Shown here piece by piece: positions 13,939 to 24,956 of a DNA stretch of 64,000 nt. The translations under genes and the position numbers were made by a program. Location of the stretch: assembly GCA_965112155.1 (NCBI GenBank), contig OZ218105.1; one strand, 5' to 3'. Source of the DNA: Podarcis liolepis. Taxonomy: Eukaryota. The notes under the pieces were generated by a model. It saw only the letters and a list, made by a program, of their open reading frames with translations. It was not told where the DNA came from and ran no database searches. The first letter of the stretch is position 1, and every line of letters starts with the position of its first letter.

Positions 13939-16323
13939 GTAAGTCTTTTATTTAATGGTTGTCTTTGGTACATCTTTCAATTTATATACTGTATCCAGGT
14001 GGAAAGTTTACAGTTTCACATTTGCAAGCACATATTGAATACATTTGTTTATTGTGTCTTGGCCATCCTTGACTAGCCTTACTTCACCGAATCAGAATAG
14101 TGAAAGTGGATGGATGTAGGCACTGTCAGTTACGTAGACATGTTTAGAGGAGGAAAGTGGTATACTGTACCCTACCTTGCTCCTTTTGGGATTAGCTGTA
14201 TGAATTTTCCCCTTGATACAAGTTCAGCTTAACTAGGAATTCCAGGTGGTGTTAAAAAGTTGAACTCTACCTGAAGCTGTAGTGGTGTTTTGTTTTGTTT
14301 TTAATTTAGCCAGTGCTTTTTCCCCCTGGGGGTACTCAATGGTATGCAGTACCTGCACCTCCCCCCAAATGTTAAAAGTGTGGTACTTACTGTATGTAAC
14401 AACTTCATGGTGAGTAAAAAGAAAAAAGAGCAGTTTATTTATCTGTAGCAAACGTATAATCAACATAAGATTAATATATATTAATAACTGTTCAGAACTT
14501 CTAAAATTCTTACATTACCAGTTTAAAAGTAAAATGGAATTTTGATAATGAAATCAATATAAAATGGAACTTGAGTAAGGCAATATGTAACTAAAATTTT
14601 AATAGAATGGAATAAGTAATGGGAGTCTGATTAATTCAAGACATAAGATGTACCTTAAAATAACTTTTGTATAGCAAGAAAATAATACAAATAATCTGTA
14701 GTTTTAGTTGCAGTTGTGTGTATGCTCCTTAAAGAAGATTTTCTGAAGGGGATCATACAAGCCTCCTATCAAATTTAGTATCAAAACAATACCAAATTTT
14801 AATAATAAAATTCATCCATATAAACAACACAAAAATAGCACCAGACTAATGAAAAAATTAAGTGAAAGCCTTGGTGAACAGTGGACACTTAACTCGAGAT
14901 TGAAAGTCAAGACTCTGAGAACCCAAGTCCCTTCTGAATAGCTGCGGAGGGAGAGTGCAGTTTGCAACATAAAAGTGGCAGGTGGGAGAAGGAATCTTCA
15001 CTTTCCCTGTGCTTGCCACTTTTATCTTCTCTTCCTTCCTGCAGACCCGTTCGCTGCGTCATTGGATGAAAAGCAGCCGAAGAGGGTTGCAAGGGAAAAA
15101 CAGCAAGCAGGGGGAAATCTGTTTTTCTCTCTTGCCTTCCTTCTCTGCTCCAGATTGTGTTCTCATTCATTTTGCTTTGTGGCTGCTTGGTCTGTTGCTG
15201 AATGTGTGGTCCTGTTCCATAACATAAAAGGCCACAACTGATACAGTTCTGCTTCGTGCCTTCAAAAGTGAATGGAAAATAGGCATTTCACAATTACAAG
15301 GACACTCTATACCAATGAGCTTTTTTTTTTTTTTGCTTCATTTCAGCCATTTCATCATTATATAATACTAACTGAATTTTGCATCACATGTGTGATGCAT
15401 TTAGTGCTGCTTGTTTCCTTTAATTTTGTTATTCTTATTAATTTTTTACAAAACCTAAATAATTATTCTGTTCATGCGATTACCACATTGGCATTTATTA
15501 TTTACCACTCTGTTTTCACACGGGTGGTTTGATTTCATCACCTTTGAGGACAAAGCACGTTAAATTTCACTATCTTTTGTGGGTATGTTATTGGGAACAA
15601 GCAGTGATCTGTATATGGTACAGAATAAGGAAAGAAACCATCAGCTTCTGTGTTGTCTGATTTAAATGATCTGATTAGGGTTATCATTAGTCATATAGCT
15701 TTTTACAAAATTAAGCTGTCAGAATAGAATAGATGGTCATGCATAAGAACAGAATGTATTGGTGTAAATCAGTACCGTGGCTTAGGCATTGCCGTTTGCC
15801 TGATTGATTGAGTTTGGCAAGTAGGGCAATCATGTGCTAAAGGCTGGAAAGGAGAAATGGCTTCTTCGCCATAGCTTTGGAATAAATCTGTAAAATCCTA
15901 GGTTTATGACTGAGGGAAACTTGGAAATACATGGTTTTGTTTGGTTCTTAAGGTTGGTCTTTGATCAGGCTAAAAGTGATTACTACAGAAAATGGCATCC
16001 TGTTTCTAAGCAAGCTTTAGAACAGGGGTAGGGCCCCTGTGAACTGGCAGATGGCATTAGATTCCTGCTCCCATTAGCCCCAGCCAACATGGTCAATTGC
16101 CCAGGATTGTGGGAATTATAATCCAGCAACATTTGGGGGTTCTTGGGTTCCCCAAAGCTGCTTTCGAGCCTAAAATTTAGAAAGACTATGTTGTGTACAA
16201 TTAGCATTGCAGAGCTGACACACATAAAAATGTGTGTATTAAATTCCCTAAACTAATTTGGGCCTTCTGGGTGGTGAGAGTTCTTGCTTGAGTTGCTTTC
16301 ACGTTGCTTGTTTCTTTTTTCAG

Positions 16324-16489
16324 GCAACCATTTGGGAACTCTCCGGATGACTTGCTGTGTCAACACCCTGCATCAGAGTCTCCAAGCGATGAAGGGACCC
16401 TCCTTGACCAGCTTTACTTGGCACTAAGAAATTTTGACGGTCTGGAAGAAATTGACAGAGCTCTTGGGATCCCAGAACTAGTTAGCCAG
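16324..16489 (+). CDS. NCOA2: NCOA2 exon (~16), CBP/p300-interaction domain (AD1)
   Basis: ttcag|[41 protein letters not shown]|gtattg. Confidence 0.95.
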
Positions 16490-16942
16490 GTATTGTGCTG
16501 CTATTAAGCATTTCTGAAAATATATGTGGCTAAGGTATTTCAGTAGTGAGATTTCTTTTTTCAAATGGATTTCAAATGTTGACTAGATGTAATAATTATA
16601 AATATCCCTCCACATATTAACACTATGGAAATTACAGTATTTCATTGATAATGCAGTGTTTCCCATTAATTTAATTTGAGAAGCTTCTGCATGTAATCTC
16701 ACTCCCACTCCCGTCCCTAGGCAAACTGCCTCAGAGAGATGGAGGAGTTCGTTTAGGTCTTAATTATAGCCTGTCAGCTAGTCCCAACCCAATATGTATG
16801 GGAACAGCATGCCTTTTGCTACACAATGGAGGGAGCAGGACGGAAGTTTGGACTCAAGAGCCTGCAAGCAAATACCACTTGAAGCAGTGGTAGAGTGTTT
16901 AACCTGCGTCACTTACCTTCTGCTTTGTCAGGCTAAAGATAG

Positions 16943-17320
16943 GGGGTGTGTTGCAGTATAATACTGTTCCCAGGATCCCAAGTGACATTGGTAAAAGATG
17001 GCCCAGGAGTTCTTACCTTGAAATATAACCTGAGGTGTGTCAGCAGTGGTACAAGGTATTCCAGATCGTATTACTTTTGGAAGTCTCTTGTAAAGCAGCT
17101 GGTAAGCTGCCTGTTTGCCAAGCTGAAGCCTTGTCCATTCATGGGAGCAGCCTCTAATCTACCACCCTCTTCAGTGTCATTCCAATGACAGAAACATCAT
17201 ATATTAGAGTATGGATGAGGAGGTAAGGACTCCTGGGCCATCTTTTACCAAGGTTACTTGGGATCCTGGGAGCAATATTATACTGCACCACACCCCAGGA
17301 TGCCTCAGGTTATATTTCAA
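16943..17320. repeat. Imperfect inverted repeat, ~76-bp arms plus a permuted ~18-bp block
   Basis: 16943-17018 is the reverse complement of 17221-17296 with several mismatches; 17018-17035 is the reverse complement of 17303-17320. Confidence 0.85.
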
Positions 17321-18234
17321 CAGCTCCTACAAGTTCTTTCGTCATGTCCATCAACAGAGATGTTCTGGAGTATTATGGTTATGATGCTTTCTTCTTAAAA
17401 ACCCTCCAAATGCATTTTAGGGGATCTGACCTCCCAAAGATTTTATTTAAATTTAAAAGCACCTGTGAGGTGAGAGGAACTCTTAAGTAACTTTCTTTTT
17501 AACCATTTCTTCTGTAAGATTTTCCATCTAAATCCTTCCCCTCCAAAGCTGATTCTAGCCCTGCTGAGAACCACAGAAGAACTTATTTTCTTGTTTTACC
17601 TCCAGCAAAAGAAACTACTGATTCATTTAAACAGGGGGAATGGTTCTGGAGTGTGTGTGGAGAGGAGGGTGAGTTAAGCACTCCTCTCTCAGAGTACCAT
17701 CACTCTGCTTGCTGGAATTCTTCACCAGCTTCTGATCAGAGTTGGAGCACGTTTGTAGGGCTGATCAGGTATTTCTTGTAGCAGTTCAACCCTGGTTCAC
17801 CACTGCAATCTGAGGCAAGATTTAAAAAAAAATTAAAAGAGAAAAGATATGAATGGTTTAGAGCAGGGACCTCCTGTATTGAACCAGCTCAAACATGACA
17901 GGAAATAGTAATTTCCCACCATGTGAATGAGCAACGATGAACCTCATCTTCACACAGTCTCCCCTGTCCTCGCACTTGCAAGGAGGGTATCAGAAGCTTT
18001 GGCTTCAGTTTTTATACAAGCTGTGCTTTGCCGTGGCACCTGAACTTTGGAAACTGCTTGCACTTGTGAGGAAATCCAGGATCAAACTGTGGCTTCTTCT
18101 GATCTGCATGAGCACAAAATGAAGAGAAGAGGGGAGTGTGCAAGCCCCCAGACTCATCAAGGCTCCTCAAGAATAGTTTCTTGTTTGCATCTGAACCAGG
18201 ACTCTGTTTATCACATAGTTTTTTCCCTCAATTA

Positions 18235-18478
18235 CAGTCATACCTTGGTTCTCGAACGCTTTGGTACGCGTACGGTTTGGCTCCCGAACACCGGAAACTT
18301 AGAAGTACGTGTTCCGGTTTGCGAACATTCTTTGGAAGCCAAATGTCTGACGTGGCTTCTGCGGCTTCCAATTGAATGCAGGAAGCTCCTGCAGCCAATT
18401 GGAAGCCACACCTTGGTTTTCAAATGTTTTTGGAAGTCAAATGGACTTCCAGAACGGATTCCAACCAAGGTACAACTG
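18235..18478. mobile_element. Non-autonomous Tc1/mariner (Tigger-like) MITE
   Basis: TA|CAGTCATACCTTGGTT ... AACCAAGGTACAACTG|TA. Confidence 0.85.
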
Positions 18479-18501
18479 TAGTTCTGAATGAGTCACAAGT
18501 A

Positions 18502-18727
18502 CAGTGGTACCTTGGGTTACATACGCTTCAGGTTTCAGACTCCGCTAACCCAGAAATATTACCTCGGGTTAAGAACTTTGCTTCAGGATGAGAACAGAAA
18601 TTGTGCTTCGGCGGCGCGGCAGCAGCAGGAGGCCCCATTAGCTAAAGTGGTGCTTCAGGTTAAGTACAGTTTCAGGTTAAGAACGGACCTCCGGAACGAA
18701 TTAAGTACTTAACCCGAGGTACCACTG
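18502..18727. mobile_element. Non-autonomous Tc1/mariner (Tigger-like) MITE
   Basis: TA|CAGTGGTACCTTGGGTTA ... TAACCCGAGGTACCACTG|TA. Confidence 0.88.
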
Positions 18728-18887
18728 TACTAATAAATGGTAATAGAAGCATAGAATGAGTTAAAGCAAATATAAGTTTATGCTGCTCAGCTTCATACAT
18801 CTTTATTCTGCTTTATAAAAACATATATTTCTCAATAACTGTTTAAGCATTCTATGTTCATGTACATCTTGATGTTTGTTTCAGCAG

Positions 18888-19166
18888 AGCCAAGCTGTGG
18901 AACCAGAGCCATTCTCAAGCCAGGAATCAAACATCATCCTCGAACAAAAGGCACCCATTTTCACACAGCAGTATGCATCTCAGGCTCAGATGGCCCAAGG
19001 CAACTACACACCAATGCAGGACCCAAACTTTCACCCAATGGCGCAGCGACCAGGCTATGCATCACTGCGAATGCAGCCTAGGGCTGCCCTGAGGCCTGCT
19101 GGCATAGTGCAAAACCAGCCAAATCAGCTAAGGCTACAGCTGCAGCATAGACTTCAAGCACAGCAG
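18888..19166 (+). CDS. NCOA2: NCOA2 exon (~17), Q-rich region
   Basis: cagcag|[22 protein letters not shown]|gtattt. Confidence 0.93.
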
Positions 19167-19211
19167 GTATTTCATGCTTTTATGCTCTCTGTTGATGCTT
19201 TTACCAGCATG

Positions 19212-19420
19212 CATAGAATCATAGAATTGTAGAGTTCAAAGGTTCCCCAAGGGTCATCTCTAGTCCAACCCCCGACAACGTAAGAATCTCAGCTTAAAGC
19301 ATCCATGACAGATGGCCATCCAGCCTCTGCTTAAAAACCTCCAATGAAGGGGAGTCCACCACTTTCAGGGGAGAACATTCAATCTCGAACAGCTCTTACC
19401 ATAAGAAAGTTCTTCCTCAA
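19212..19420 (-). mobile_element. CR1 LINE 3' end
   Basis: (CATAGAAT)n, the reverse of the CR1 ATTCTRTG tail, followed by ..catc..tagtccaacccc. Confidence 0.8.
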
Positions 19421-19522
19421 GAAGCACTGTATCGTAAAACTAAACCTTGCCATCAAAGCAGAATTTTTCTTACACTGCCTTATATGACTGATTTCTTTAT
19501 TCCGTTTTTCCCCTTGCCCTAG

Positions 19523-19600
19523 AATCGCCAGCCACTCATGAATCAGATCAGCAATGTTTCCAATATGAATCTGTCTCTGAGACCTGGAGTACCTACACAG
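19523..19600 (+). CDS. NCOA2: NCOA2 exon (~18)
   Basis: cctag|[26 protein letters not shown]|gtgagg. Confidence 0.92.
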
Positions 19601-21188
19601 GTGAGGGAACAGGTATTGAAAATGTTTCTATTCTGACGTACCCAATTGATCCCTGTACTTATCATCTTATCAGCAGGTCCCTTCTGTACAACATTGGTAT
19701 TATTATTATTATTACTAGTACTACATTTTTATACTGTCCTTCATTCAAAGATCACAAGACAGTTTAAAATAAGGCCTTTGGATTCCCTCCCATGAAACAT
19801 TAGGCACCTTCTCTTTTGTCTTTTTGGTGCAACAAGCCTTTTAAAGACGAGATCTTTCACAGTCTGCCTCTTTGTTTAGCTACTTTCATTGTTCTGTCAC
19901 TTGTGTGCTCCTTTTAAGAGGAAGGGTAGGAAATGAATTTAATTAATAAATAAAATGTTCTATAAAACTTAGTAGTTCATGTTTTTTTACTATATTATAC
20001 TGACGTTACCGATGTTGCAGTCTCTGTCACGGTACACATCGCCATTGTGCAGCTCTGTTTCCTTGCTTTTGGTGAAATGACTAATTCCATCTCGAAGAAT
20101 ATTATAGTCACAGTTTAATCTGTGGAGCAGGAAATTGTGAAGCTCTTTCATGCTGTACCAGAAGCTGTATGTGTATGCTTCTGGAGAGGCAGAGAATTTC
20201 TCTATGTTCCCTAAGCAGGCCATACGCAAACTGACCACAGACCATGCAGTGAAACCTGCAACTCTTGTTGCATATGAATTTATCCTGAAGAATAAGAGGT
20301 GGCCAATGTGGCTCCCTCCAGGTATTGTTGGGCTAGACATCTTTAAATGAATCCAAATATTCTAAGTAGGGATGACATCGTTTTCTCTGAGTTTTAAAAT
20401 CTGTTACATCATATCTGGAAACAGCTTGAAATGGTGGAAAGCTTTCAGGACCTTGCAAGAGGTTTTATGCTTTTTGTCAGAAAGGTGGCGCTTACGAATA
20501 TTTTTAACTTGAGAAAGAAAGCGTGAGAGCTATTTTTAATTTTATTCAAATCAGCATAGCTTGCTTTATTCAATTTATGGATGTGAGAAGTGCACACTCT
20601 GGTTTTAGGCTGTAGTGTGGATAAGTAAATTTAGATTCTGGACTTAATTGTATTACAGGGTTCACGATTTTTTGATGGTAATATGTTTTACTCCCCATAC
20701 TACAAAATGTAGCAATCCAGCTGTTTCAGGGACTCTCCTGCTCACTCTGCTATGTACAAGCTGGACTTCTGCTCAAAATTTGGGCCTTCAGCAACACCAA
20801 ATTTAGACATCACTTAGAAAAATTGCCTTATTCTAGGAATTCATATGGTAATCGGTGTATCTGTTTTAGAATTTATTACCCCAGAATGAGAGCTCATAGG
20901 CCAGCTGAAGAGCACATTTACATGCCGCATGCAAAAGTTGCTGCTTCAATCCATGGCATTTCTAGTTAAAACTGTGCCTGAGCCCTACTCCAAGTAGACA
21001 GTAGTGAGCTAGGTAGATAAATAATCTGTCTGGCCTGGTATTAAACAGCTTCATATGTTATGTGCCAGAAAGGTAGCTCTTCACCTGATTATTGTAAAGT
21101 TGCTAGGGTTTTGTTTTTTTAGTAGCCAGGCTGATGGAAATGCCTTGCTAATCGTATGTGTTAATGCAGTTTTTTGCTTACCCTGCAG

Positions 21189-21417
21189 GGACCCATCAAT
21201 TCCCAGATGCTAGCCCAGAGGCAGAGGGAGATACTGAGCCAGCACCTGAGGCATAGGCAGATGCAGCAGCAAGTGCAGCAGCGAACGCTGATGATGCGAG
21301 GACAGAGTATGAATATGACGCCGAGTATGGTGGCCTCCGGTGGCATACCAGCAACAATGAGCAACCCGCGGATTCCCCAGGCAAATGCCCAGCAATTTCC
21401 ATTTCCTCCAAACTATG
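21189..21417 (+). CDS. NCOA2: NCOA2 exon (~19)
   Basis: ctgcag|[25 protein letters not shown]|gtattg. Confidence 0.93.
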
Positions 21418-21913
21418 GTATTGCACTTATTTCAACACCTTTCATCCATCACAATAGTCTCAACTCCTGGATCACAGCTCCTTTCCTACTGTTCTTTATA
21501 TGGCTCCCAGATGAGACACACCATCTGGAGATACTGGGAATTGGGTTGGGGGGGTGATGGTAGCATTTAAACTTGTTGGGATTCTCAAAATGCAAAACAG
21601 TATGTTTCTGGTTTATTACAAAACTACCAAAAAAAACTCATTTGTTTTGCTAAAAAGTCATATATCACAAAACAAAGTAAGCCGTGAACTTTATCCCATT
21701 TCTTTGGTACCTCAAAAAAAGATGATATTAGTCTTCAGCAGGATTTTTTTCACTGTAGTTTATGGTAGCCTTGTTTTGTCCTTGTCCAAAAAAGTCCCCT
21801 CAAAATAGATTCCATTACTGCTGTACTCCTAGTGAAGGCCATTCCAAGCCATTACATACTTCTGGCTGAATTGTTGTGTGCAGCATGAGTAAGAATCCTG
21901 TTGTGTTTTCCAG

Positions 21914-22091
21914 GAATAAATCAGCAGGCCGATCCAGGCTTCACTGGAGCTACCACTCCCCAAAGTCCGCTGATGTCCCCAAGAATGGCTCATACCCAGA
22001 GTCCCATGATCCAGCAGTCTCAGGCCAATCCTGCCTACCAATCCTCTACGGAGATGAATGGATGGGCACAAGGGAATATGGGTGGAAACAG
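21914..22091 (+). CDS. NCOA2: NCOA2 exon (~20)
   Basis: ccag|[29 protein letters not shown]|gtacgt. Confidence 0.93.
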
Positions 22092-22319
22092 GTACGTCAG
22101 TTTTGGCCGTTGTCACATAGCTCATTCATGCATTTTTTTCAGCAATCATCCTGTTGAATCTGGGCATTCACAGAACACAGCAGTGCTGCAGACTGACACC
22201 AGAATCATTATTGGGAAAAGAGAGCGAAATATAACATGTGACTTCTATACATGAGGCCATGTCATATGAATTGTACATTCTCTTATGGAGCTATAGGGAC
22301 ATATCCAGCACTGCATAGT

Positions 22320-22640
22320 AGTAGTAGCAGTAGTTGTTATTAAATTTGTATACTGTCCTTCACCCGCAGATCTCACGGCAGTTCACAACATAAAATTACA
22401 ATATAAAAACCACAAAATAACATAGTAAAAATAAGGACAACAAACCAATAATCCTCCTTCCCACAACACATTTAAAAGGGCATCAGATGTCAGTCAGCCA
22501 AAGGCCTGGTTGGAGAGAAACATTGCCTGGCGCCTAAAGGTCTATCATTAAGACATCAGCCAGAACGCCCTGGGGAGAGTATTCTACCAACAGGGAGCCA
22601 TTGCAGAAAAGGCCCATTCTTGCATTGGCACCCTCTAGAC
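22320..22640 (-). mobile_element. Degraded L2 3' end
   Basis: ttattaaatttgtatactgtccttcacc..ctcacggcagttcacaac..aaaggcctgg pattern; related stubs at ~8650 and ~19710. Confidence 0.6.
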
Positions 22641-23682
22641 CACTTATACAATGGGATTTCCCCTTTCTGTCCACTCTCTGCATTCCCCCTACTTCTGGTT
22701 AGGGTGGGGGTGGTCTTCCTGAAGCAGATTTTGATGGCGCATGGTTGGTCTGCAGTGAGGAAGAAGAGGGATTTCTGTTACACAAGTGGAAGTCCGTTGC
22801 TCAAGCAGAACAACTATGACTAGTTTACACTTTTTTCTTATGGGGCCTCTCATTACTAAGTAGGAATTTCCATGTCACCCAGTTTTCAAAAAGATCAAGT
22901 AACTACAAAAACATGTGAATTTCTGATTAGAGTTTTATTCTGCATGTTCGTAAAACCAATCCATAATAAAATATATGTGATGTGTATTTATCAGCCATGG
23001 GCTAAAAATATAAATCACAGTTCAATCCTTGTATATCCAATCAGAAGTCAGTCCTATTAAATTCATTGGGACTTATTTCCAGGTAGTCGTGAATAGGAGT
23101 GAAGCAAATTTTTTGAAATGATAATTATTTGTAAATTATGACTTGAAATCATCCCAAACTGCTTTTTCTTCAGTTTTCTAGGATCTTTTCTGCTACAAAG
23201 ACAGTGGACTCACTAAACTACTTAGTCTTGCAGGGCTTTAAATTTTCTGCCTACTGACAGATAATTAGATAGATATATACACACACATCTAGATCACTGC
23301 ATTGGTATCTCTTGAATGAGCACGACAACTATGTTTAGATGGCCCTAAGGTTTAGCTCAGAATATTTTAAGTGTCTTTGCATCTTGATGTTAAAAGATAA
23401 GCAGGAAAAGTTTCTTTTCCAATTTATTACTCTTTTAAAGATGCTGTAGGTCTATTTAACACATATATTATTTTGGCAAATTGTGGGGAGAATTTTTGCA
23501 GACCTAATCATCACATTACTTACAAGCTGAGAAAGAAATGCATGCTTTGTGCACTGATAATCAGACTCCATTTATTGAAGGCGTCCCCAGATGCACTAAC
23601 CCTCTGAGGTGTTCAGGAATGTTCAAAGCCCGAAGGATGAACATCTTGATTCTGACGTGCTGGTGTGTATTTCATCCTGCAG

Positions 23683-23881
23683 CATGTTTTCACAACAGTC
23701 TCCTCCACACTTCGGGCAGCAAGCTAACACCAGCATGTACAATAACAACATGAACATCAATGTATCCATGGTGACCAACACAAGCGGTATGAACAACATG
23801 AACCAGATGACAGGACAGATCAGCATGACCTCAGCAACCTCTGTGCCTACATCAGGGTTGTCCTCCATGGGTCCTGAGCAG
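23683..23881 (+). CDS. NCOA2: NCOA2 exon (~21), AD2 region
   Basis: tgcag|[21 protein letters not shown]|gtgaga. Confidence 0.93.
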
Positions 23882-24250
23882 GTGAGAATTCTCTGCCTGG
23901 TCAAATTTGTAACCAGTAGTTGATTTAATACAGCTTTTCCCAACATATATTACCAATTTTAACATTTGCCTGGAGACACTCCCCCTCTCACAGTAACCAA
24001 CTCAAAATAGGGCAAGAGCAAAATGTGCATAAGAATGACAGTGTAAAGAAGGGAGAGAAGTGGAGGTGAGCACATAGCACAACACCTTGTATGACATGTG
24101 CCTCCTCATTAAGTCTGCTCTCTTATTTTGTTATATTTTTGCTAGAAAGGTGTGTGTGTCTGTGCATGTATGCATGCAGTGTTGTGGTTTATTCAAAGAT
24201 GCTTTCTATTTCCCCCAGTGACTTACAAACGAGTCTTCTCCTTGCCGTAG

Positions 24251-24340
24251 GTTAATGATCCTGCTATGAGAGGAGGCAATCTTTTTCCAAACCAGCTACC
24301 TGGAATGGATATGATAAAGCAGGAGGGAGATGCATCACGG
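24251..24340 (+). CDS. NCOA2: NCOA2 exon (~22)
   Basis: cgtag|[30 protein letters not shown]|gtaaga. Confidence 0.93.
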
Positions 24341-24524
24341 GTAAGAAACGGTTCACATTTTGCCTTGAATCTTTTAAGGAATAGATGCATTTTTATCCAG
24401 TTGCAAGTAATATGATTCTTCCTAAGTGGACTTCTTAGAAAAATATTCTGGCAAATTCATTCTCAAAACTAGTCAAACACTTTGAATTGTGCTCAGAAAT
24501 GTACTGGGAGCCAATGTAGGTCTT

Positions 24525-24890
24525 TCAGGACCGGTGTTATGTGGTGTCAGCGGCCACTCCCAGTCACCAGTCTAGCTGCCGCATTCTGGATTAGTTGTAG
24601 TTTCCGGGTCACCTTCAAAGGTAGCCCCACGTAGAGCGCATTGCAGTAGTCCAAGCAGAAGATAACCACTCTGGCGAGACAGTTCACGGGCAGGTAGGGT
24701 CTCAGCCTACGTACCAGATGGAGCTGGTACACAGCTGCCCTGGACACGGATTTAACCTGTGCCTCCATGGACAGCTGTGAGTCCAAAATGACTCCCAGGC
24801 CGTGCACCTGGTCCTTCAAAGGCACAGTTACCCCATTCAGGACCAGGGAGTCCTCCACACCCGCCTGCCCCTTGTCCCCCAAGAACAGTA
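24525..24890 (-). mobile_element. L2-clade LINE ORF2 (RT C-terminal) fragment in the last NCOA2 intron
   Basis: Minus ORF LGVILDSQLSMEAQV..LDYCNALYVGLPLKVTRKLQLIQNAAARLVTG is typical of L2 ORF2. Confidence 0.85.
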
Positions 24891-24944
24891 CATGCTCAGT
24901 TAAGCATTGCTATTAATGCCTCTTTTTCCTTTTTGGTCTTCTAG

Positions 24945-24956
24945 AAATATTGCTGA
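24945..24956 (+). CDS. NCOA2: NCOA2 last coding exon (KYC*)
   Basis: Polypyrimidine tract + ctag|AAA TAT TGC TGA, the known NCOA2 C-terminus. Confidence 0.92.
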   Translation, partial: KYC

